A model generated the notes under the pieces. The model ran no database searches. It was not told where the DNA came from and was given only the letters and a program-made list of their open reading frames with translations. DNA of 61,631 nucleotides, counting the filler, from an uncultured Methanosarcinales archaeon (lineage in GTDB: Archaea > Nanobdellota > Nanobdellia > Woesearchaeales > CAZPJY01): the NCBI GenBank assembly GCA_964587045.1. It is 5 parts of 5 records of this genome, joined end to end, with 100 filler letters (N's around TTAATTAATTAA, not from the genome) between each part and the next. Parts side by side here need not be neighbours in the genome. Positions count along the whole stretch, not along the records: positions 52,512 to 61,631 come from CAZPJY010000042.1; 4 more parts are not named here. One strand, written 5' to 3'. The stretch's first letter is position 1, and the number at the start of each line of letters is the position of its first letter. This document shows, piece by piece, positions 57,971-61,631 of the stretch. The position numbers and the translations under genes were made by a program.

Positions 57971-58450
57971 TCACTGAAGCCCGATCTTCTTTTTGAAGGT
58001 GAAAATCCCGGTTTCGGGATCCTGGACGTACTCTTTCCTGTACGGGAAGCAGGTGTCAGGGTAGGCCGTGATGCTGCCGTTCGCGACCTCGAAGCCCTCC
58101 AGAGTCACTGTCCTCTCCATGCCCGGCTCGAATAAGGTGAAGTTCACCTTCTTGCGGTTCATTCCCGAAGTGAACACGAAAGCTGGGATGGGGTGGTCTG
58201 AGTACTGCTCATTGACCACGGTGACGGTCGTCCGCTCGCCATCAAGGCTGATGTCTTTTAGGGAAAACACGATTCCGAGGCAGTCCAATGCGGGCTGCGT
58301 CGCTTCGTCAGTGTAGTCCCTCCCTGAGCTGAACGCCCCCCAGCCCCATGTTACTATCATGATGATGACGAATCCCGCAAGAGCCCAGAGGAATATTTTG
58401 AGGGGTAGGTTGTCCTTCTTCCCTTCCGAGAGATCCTGCATTGATACCAT
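57971..58450 (-). CDS. bitopic membrane protein, pilin-like fold suspected
   Basis: single TM then a Cys pair; coupled to the pilin gene. Confidence 0.6.
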   Translation of the reverse strand: MVSMQDLSEGKKDNLPLKIFLWALAGFVIIMIVTWGWGAFSSGRDYTDEATQPALDCLGIVFSLKDISLDGERTTVTVVNEQYSDHPIPAFVFTSGMNRKKVNFTLFEPGMERTVTLEGFEVANGSITAYPDTCFPYRKEYVQDPETGIFTFKKKIGLQ

Positions 58451-58971
58451 TATTCGCACTCGAAGAGCAGGTTGCTGTCGATGACAAGGCTGTTCTTCGT
58501 GCACATGACTGGCTGCTGGTGGCCTTCAACGTCAATCTTAGGAGTGAACTGGATCTGCTCCAGGTCCCCGAAGTCAGAGGTGAGGGTGACATTGCCCTTG
58601 GCAACGCTGCCTGCGTCGATGGACATGTTCAGCTCGGTCACGTTGATGTTGTCTCCCTCTCCGATTATGAGCATCCTGAAGCCCTCAATGTTTGCCCTTC
58701 CTGTGTTTTCGAGTATGAAAGAGATGGAGGTGGTGGTGCCTGAGTTGTAGCAAATCTTCTTCTCTCCGCCTATCTCCAGCACGCCTAGCCCGATGTCCAT
58801 CTGGCATGTGATGTCGACATTGCTCTTGTCTTCAGCCTGGGAGGCTTGGGTCTCGACATATCCCTTGCCCCAGTTCATGACTACAGCCCCCAGGGCGACA
58901 GCGAAAGCTATGAGCAGAACGGTTGCAATGAGTGGAGAAACAGCCTTCTTCGACCCAGCTAGCTTACCCAT
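58450..58971 (-). CDS. archaeal type IV pilin (probable major pilin)
   Basis: KKA|VSPLIATVLLIAFAVALGAVVMNWG; strong RBS gaggtga. Confidence 0.9.
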   Translation of the reverse strand: MGKLAGSKKAVSPLIATVLLIAFAVALGAVVMNWGKGYVETQASQAEDKSNVDITCQMDIGLGVLEIGGEKKICYNSGTTTSISFILENTGRANIEGFRMLIIGEGDNINVTELNMSIDAGSVAKGNVTLTSDFGDLEQIQFTPKIDVEGHQQPVMCTKNSLVIDSNLLFECE

Positions 58972-58996
58972 TGCCCTTCACCTCTTTTTACCTCCC

Positions 58997-59452
58997 TCAA
59001 CAAAATTGGACGTCTTCTGAGACGACCTTTGCGTTCTCGCACAGCACGCGGCCATCCTCCCCCAGCACTGCAGGGACGAACTCGACGTGCCGTGTTATTC
59101 CCTGCTTGAGGATGCTAAGTTGCAACGTCTCTTCAGGGTCAATCGTAACATTACGGGTTTTTGTCTGTGGATTGTCGTAAATGTCGTATATCCGGATGAC
59201 AATTTGGTCTATCCGGACATTATGTCTATTTGATATATTAGTATATAAAGTTTGTGTATTTTGGCAGACATTATCTATACTAATACCGATATCTTCACAT
59301 ATGATTTGATAGTCGGTGCGGGTCTGCATCTCATCGGTCTGCTGGCCGGTGTAATCGGACATCCACTCATACATGAACAGGCCCAAAGCGGTCATGAAAG
59401 CTGTCAATAGAACCCATGACAGCCATATCGACACGCCTTTCTTGCCAATCAT
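58997..59452 (-). CDS. type IV pilin-like protein
   Basis: KKG|VSIWLSWVLLTAFMTALG; Cys pairs. Confidence 0.8.
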   Translation of the reverse strand: MIGKKGVSIWLSWVLLTAFMTALGLFMYEWMSDYTGQQTDEMQTRTDYQIICEDIGISIDNVCQNTQTLYTNISNRHNVRIDQIVIRIYDIYDNPQTKTRNVTIDPEETLQLSILKQGITRHVEFVPAVLGEDGRVLCENAKVVSEDVQFC

Positions 59453-59928
59453 CTTTCTTCGAACCTCATGAGCAGCTTGACCTGAATGTCCGGGGTCGGG
59501 GTGATGTTGTACTCGTAGTCCCGGCCTCCTACGCTCAGGGAAAACGAATCTGGAGTTCCTATGGTGAGGCTATCATCCTCGTCCAGAGCAGTCTCATTGC
59601 CTCCAACCACGACAATGAGCTGTTCGTTTAATAAATTAACGATTCGCGTGGTGTTCTCCCGCGAGATCGCGTAAGCAATCAGGAACCTGAGGTTGCGCGA
59701 CTTCACATAGTCGATGTAGTCGGCGACGAAGGTGTCGAACCGCTCATCGACCTCCTCATCGGCGACGAAGGCCTGGTTGATAACCTGGCGGCTCTCGTAC
59801 ACGAAATTGTCCTGCAGCTGCCTGACAGCAGGGTCTGGCGTGTCAACCCGCGAGTAGGCGCCTAGCAGCGTGACCGCCAGTATGCACAGGATCACCGCGG
59901 CGAATATGTACATCTGGCCCTTCTTCAT
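59449..59928 (-). CDS. pilin-like protein, class III signal peptide
   Basis: MKKG|QMYIFAAVILCILAV. Confidence 0.75.
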   Translation of the reverse strand: MKKGQMYIFAAVILCILAVTLLGAYSRVDTPDPAVRQLQDNFVYESRQVINQAFVADEEVDERFDTFVADYIDYVKSRNLRFLIAYAISRENTTRIVNLLNEQLIVVVGGNETALDEDDSLTIGTPDSFSLSVGGRDYEYNITPTPDIQVKLLMRFEER

Positions 59929-59932
59929 CTTC

Positions 59933-61631
59933 TCACCCGTACTTGAAATAGTCCTCATCCCTCTCCTCCTGGCTGACAGAGGTGGTCACCCTGACCGTCT
60001 TCTTGCCATCAGGGTTGGGGTACCTTATGTTCTCCAGGAGCAGGTTGTGCTTGCCTGGCGGGATGGTCTCGTTGCCGAATATCAGTATGTGGGGGTAGGT
60101 AAGCTCAGCAAGTATGAGGTACTCCTTGAGGTCTGTGTAGCCGAAAGAAGGGTTGTTCAGCTCCCCGAACTCGCCGTTTGATAGCGAGACGTCAACCTTC
60201 TGGAATGTCACACCAGCCCTCGTGACCATAACGTAGGCCTCCTCATCCATTCCTCTAACCTCCAAGGACAGCCAGGAGCCCGCTGACGTCAGGGTGAAGT
60301 CGTCACCCATGGTGGCCAGGCCGAAGGTGTAGAGCGGGAAAGGGCAGTACTCCATCTTGGACAGCCTCGATACGTTGCCGGCACCTATCTGCGGATTGGT
60401 GTAGTTGATGAGCAGGGTCACCCTTGAGACGTTGATGTCCATGCTGTCAGAGGCTGAGTCTACAGCGGCAGACAGGGTGTACCCGCCCACCTCACCAGGG
60501 CATTCGAACGAGATGGAATAGTTGCCTCCGCCGTAGTCCTCGACACTGACATCGAGCTCCTCCCCGTCAAGAGCGACAGACCACCTGCTCAGGTCCAACT
60601 CCCCAAGCCCGTTTGCGACCTGCAGGCCGGCATCGCATATCGTGCCCGACAGGTAGGGAGCAACAGGCGAAAGGGAGACCGAGCTGGCCTGCGCCGAGGA
60701 GTAGTTGAACAGCATGTTCTGCGTGGCAGCGTTGCCCAGCGAGTCCGAGCACCTCACGTCGTAGCTGTACTGCGACGTGTTGGTGGGTAGCACGACGAGG
60801 GTCCTGTGCTGCCTTGCGCTGGTGTAGGAGAACCCGGACCATGAGGGCCCTCCGCTCGCCTGGTACTCGCATGAGGCAGCTTCGTCAGTCACGACCCAAA
60901 AGAAAGGCGTCCTAGACCCGATAGTCCCGAAAGGCTTCATGAACTCCATCACCGGAGGCTCGGTGTCGACGACCTGCTCAACCTCTCCCGACCAGGCTGA
61001 GTACAGGCCGACCCCGTTCTCGGACCTGACCCGAGCGTAGTATGTGGTGTCTCCGGCGACCGGGACCGTCGCGTACGTCAGGTTCCCGACGCTCTGGTTG
61101 AAGATCGTGGAGTTGGCGTCGAACGCTGTCGAGTTGGAGACCTGCAGGAAGTAGGCAGAGACCCCTGTGTGCTGGTCGATCGCCGAGGTCCAGTTGAAGG
61201 TCAGGTTGGTCTCGTCAGTGAACTGCTCCGGGTTGAACATTTCAGGAACTGTCGGACCGCTGAGGTCCAGCCATATGGTAAAATGAAGGGGCGAGCCGCT
61301 GTTACCGGCGACGTCCAGGGGCTTGACGTGGAACCAGAAGACGCCGCTGCCCGGATCGTCATAGGTTGTGTTGAGCTTCTGGTCGAGCTTGCCAAGCACT
61401 CCTTCAGGTATGTTGTCCGGTACAGTGTCGTTGGTCCGGTCAAGGATGTAGCTGTAGCCGAGAATTCCGCTCAGCGCGTCGCTTCCCTGCCAGGCAAGGT
61501 ACACGCTCTCCGTGCCGTACCACTGGCCCTGGTTGGGGTTGGTCGTGGAGTTGAGCCAGCTCATGGTGGGCTCAACAGTGTCGATGGTGATGCCGTCGGA
61601 CTCGGTGGTGGTGGTGAGCCACGCGGAATTG
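59933..61631 (-). CDS. large FN3/Ig-repeat surface protein (5' end outside window)
   Basis: W..SDALSGI.GYSY, WFHVKPLDVAGN, YYARVRSENGVG..S.WS, DTEPP. Confidence 0.75.
   Translation of the reverse strand, partial: NSAWLTTTTESDGITIDTVEPTMSWLNSTTNPNQGQWYGTESVYLAWQGSDALSGILGYSYILDRTNDTVPDNIPEGVLGKLDQKLNTTYDDPGSGVFWFHVKPLDVAGNSGSPLHFTIWLDLSGPTVPEMFNPEQFTDETNLTFNWTSAIDQHTGVSAYFLQVSNSTAFDANSTIFNQSVGNLTYATVPVAGDTTYYARVRSENGVGLYSAWSGEVEQVVDTEPPVMEFMKPFGTIGSRTPFFWVVTDEAASCEYQASGGPSWSGFSYTSARQHRTLVVLPTNTSQYSYDVRCSDSLGNAATQNMLFNYSSAQASSVSLSPVAPYLSGTICDAGLQVANGLGELDLSRWSVALDGEELDVSVEDYGGGNYSISFECPGEVGGYTLSAAVDSASDSMDINVSRVTLLINYTNPQIGAGNVSRLSKMEYCPFPLYTFGLATMGDDFTLTSAGSWLSLEVRGMDEEAYVMVTRAGVTFQKVDVSLSNGEFGELNNPSFGYTDLKEYLILAELTYPHILIFGNETIPPGKHNLLLENIRYPNPDGKKTVRVTTSVSQEERDEDYFKYG

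Overview
Archaeal chromosomal DNA, most likely a metagenome-assembled DPANN genome (Woesearchaeales/Nanobdellota-like; inferred from gene content). Evidence: eS8, eL43, Rpo11/Rpo12, FttA/aCPSF1, proteasome beta, prefoldin, KEOPS subunits, archaeal BRE-TATA promoters and class III signal-peptide pilins. The window is several contigs joined by N-spacers carrying an artificial TTAATTAATTAA linker (15653-15752, 28351-28450, 40427-40526, 52412-52511), plus one plain scaffold gap (22606-22705); adjacency across linkers is not evidence. Contents: two type IV pilus loci (2350-10238, pilins/adhesins; 52512-61631, ATPase, platform proteins and pilins); housekeeping genes; tRNA-Pro(UGG) with a T-loop (59/60) intron; a lower-GC glycan-modification island; several bacterial-type genes. 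Most notable: (i) a secreted MltB/SLT_2-like lytic murein transglycosylase in a presumably murein-free archaeon; (ii) a 1416-aa pilus adhesin whose VWA domain is split by nested inserted beta-sandwich domains, one shared with a neighbouring pilin (39 nt identical); (iii) an IntI-like but patch-less tyrosine recombinase with an attI1-resembling inverted-repeat site at a contig break; (iv) four 30-bp-phased Lrp-type boxes plus a structured U-tailed RNA candidate; (v) a Tgt with an unusual base-binding pocket; (vi) an AT-rich motif-rich hub between two HTH genes. All family calls are motif recognition by eye, not database searches.
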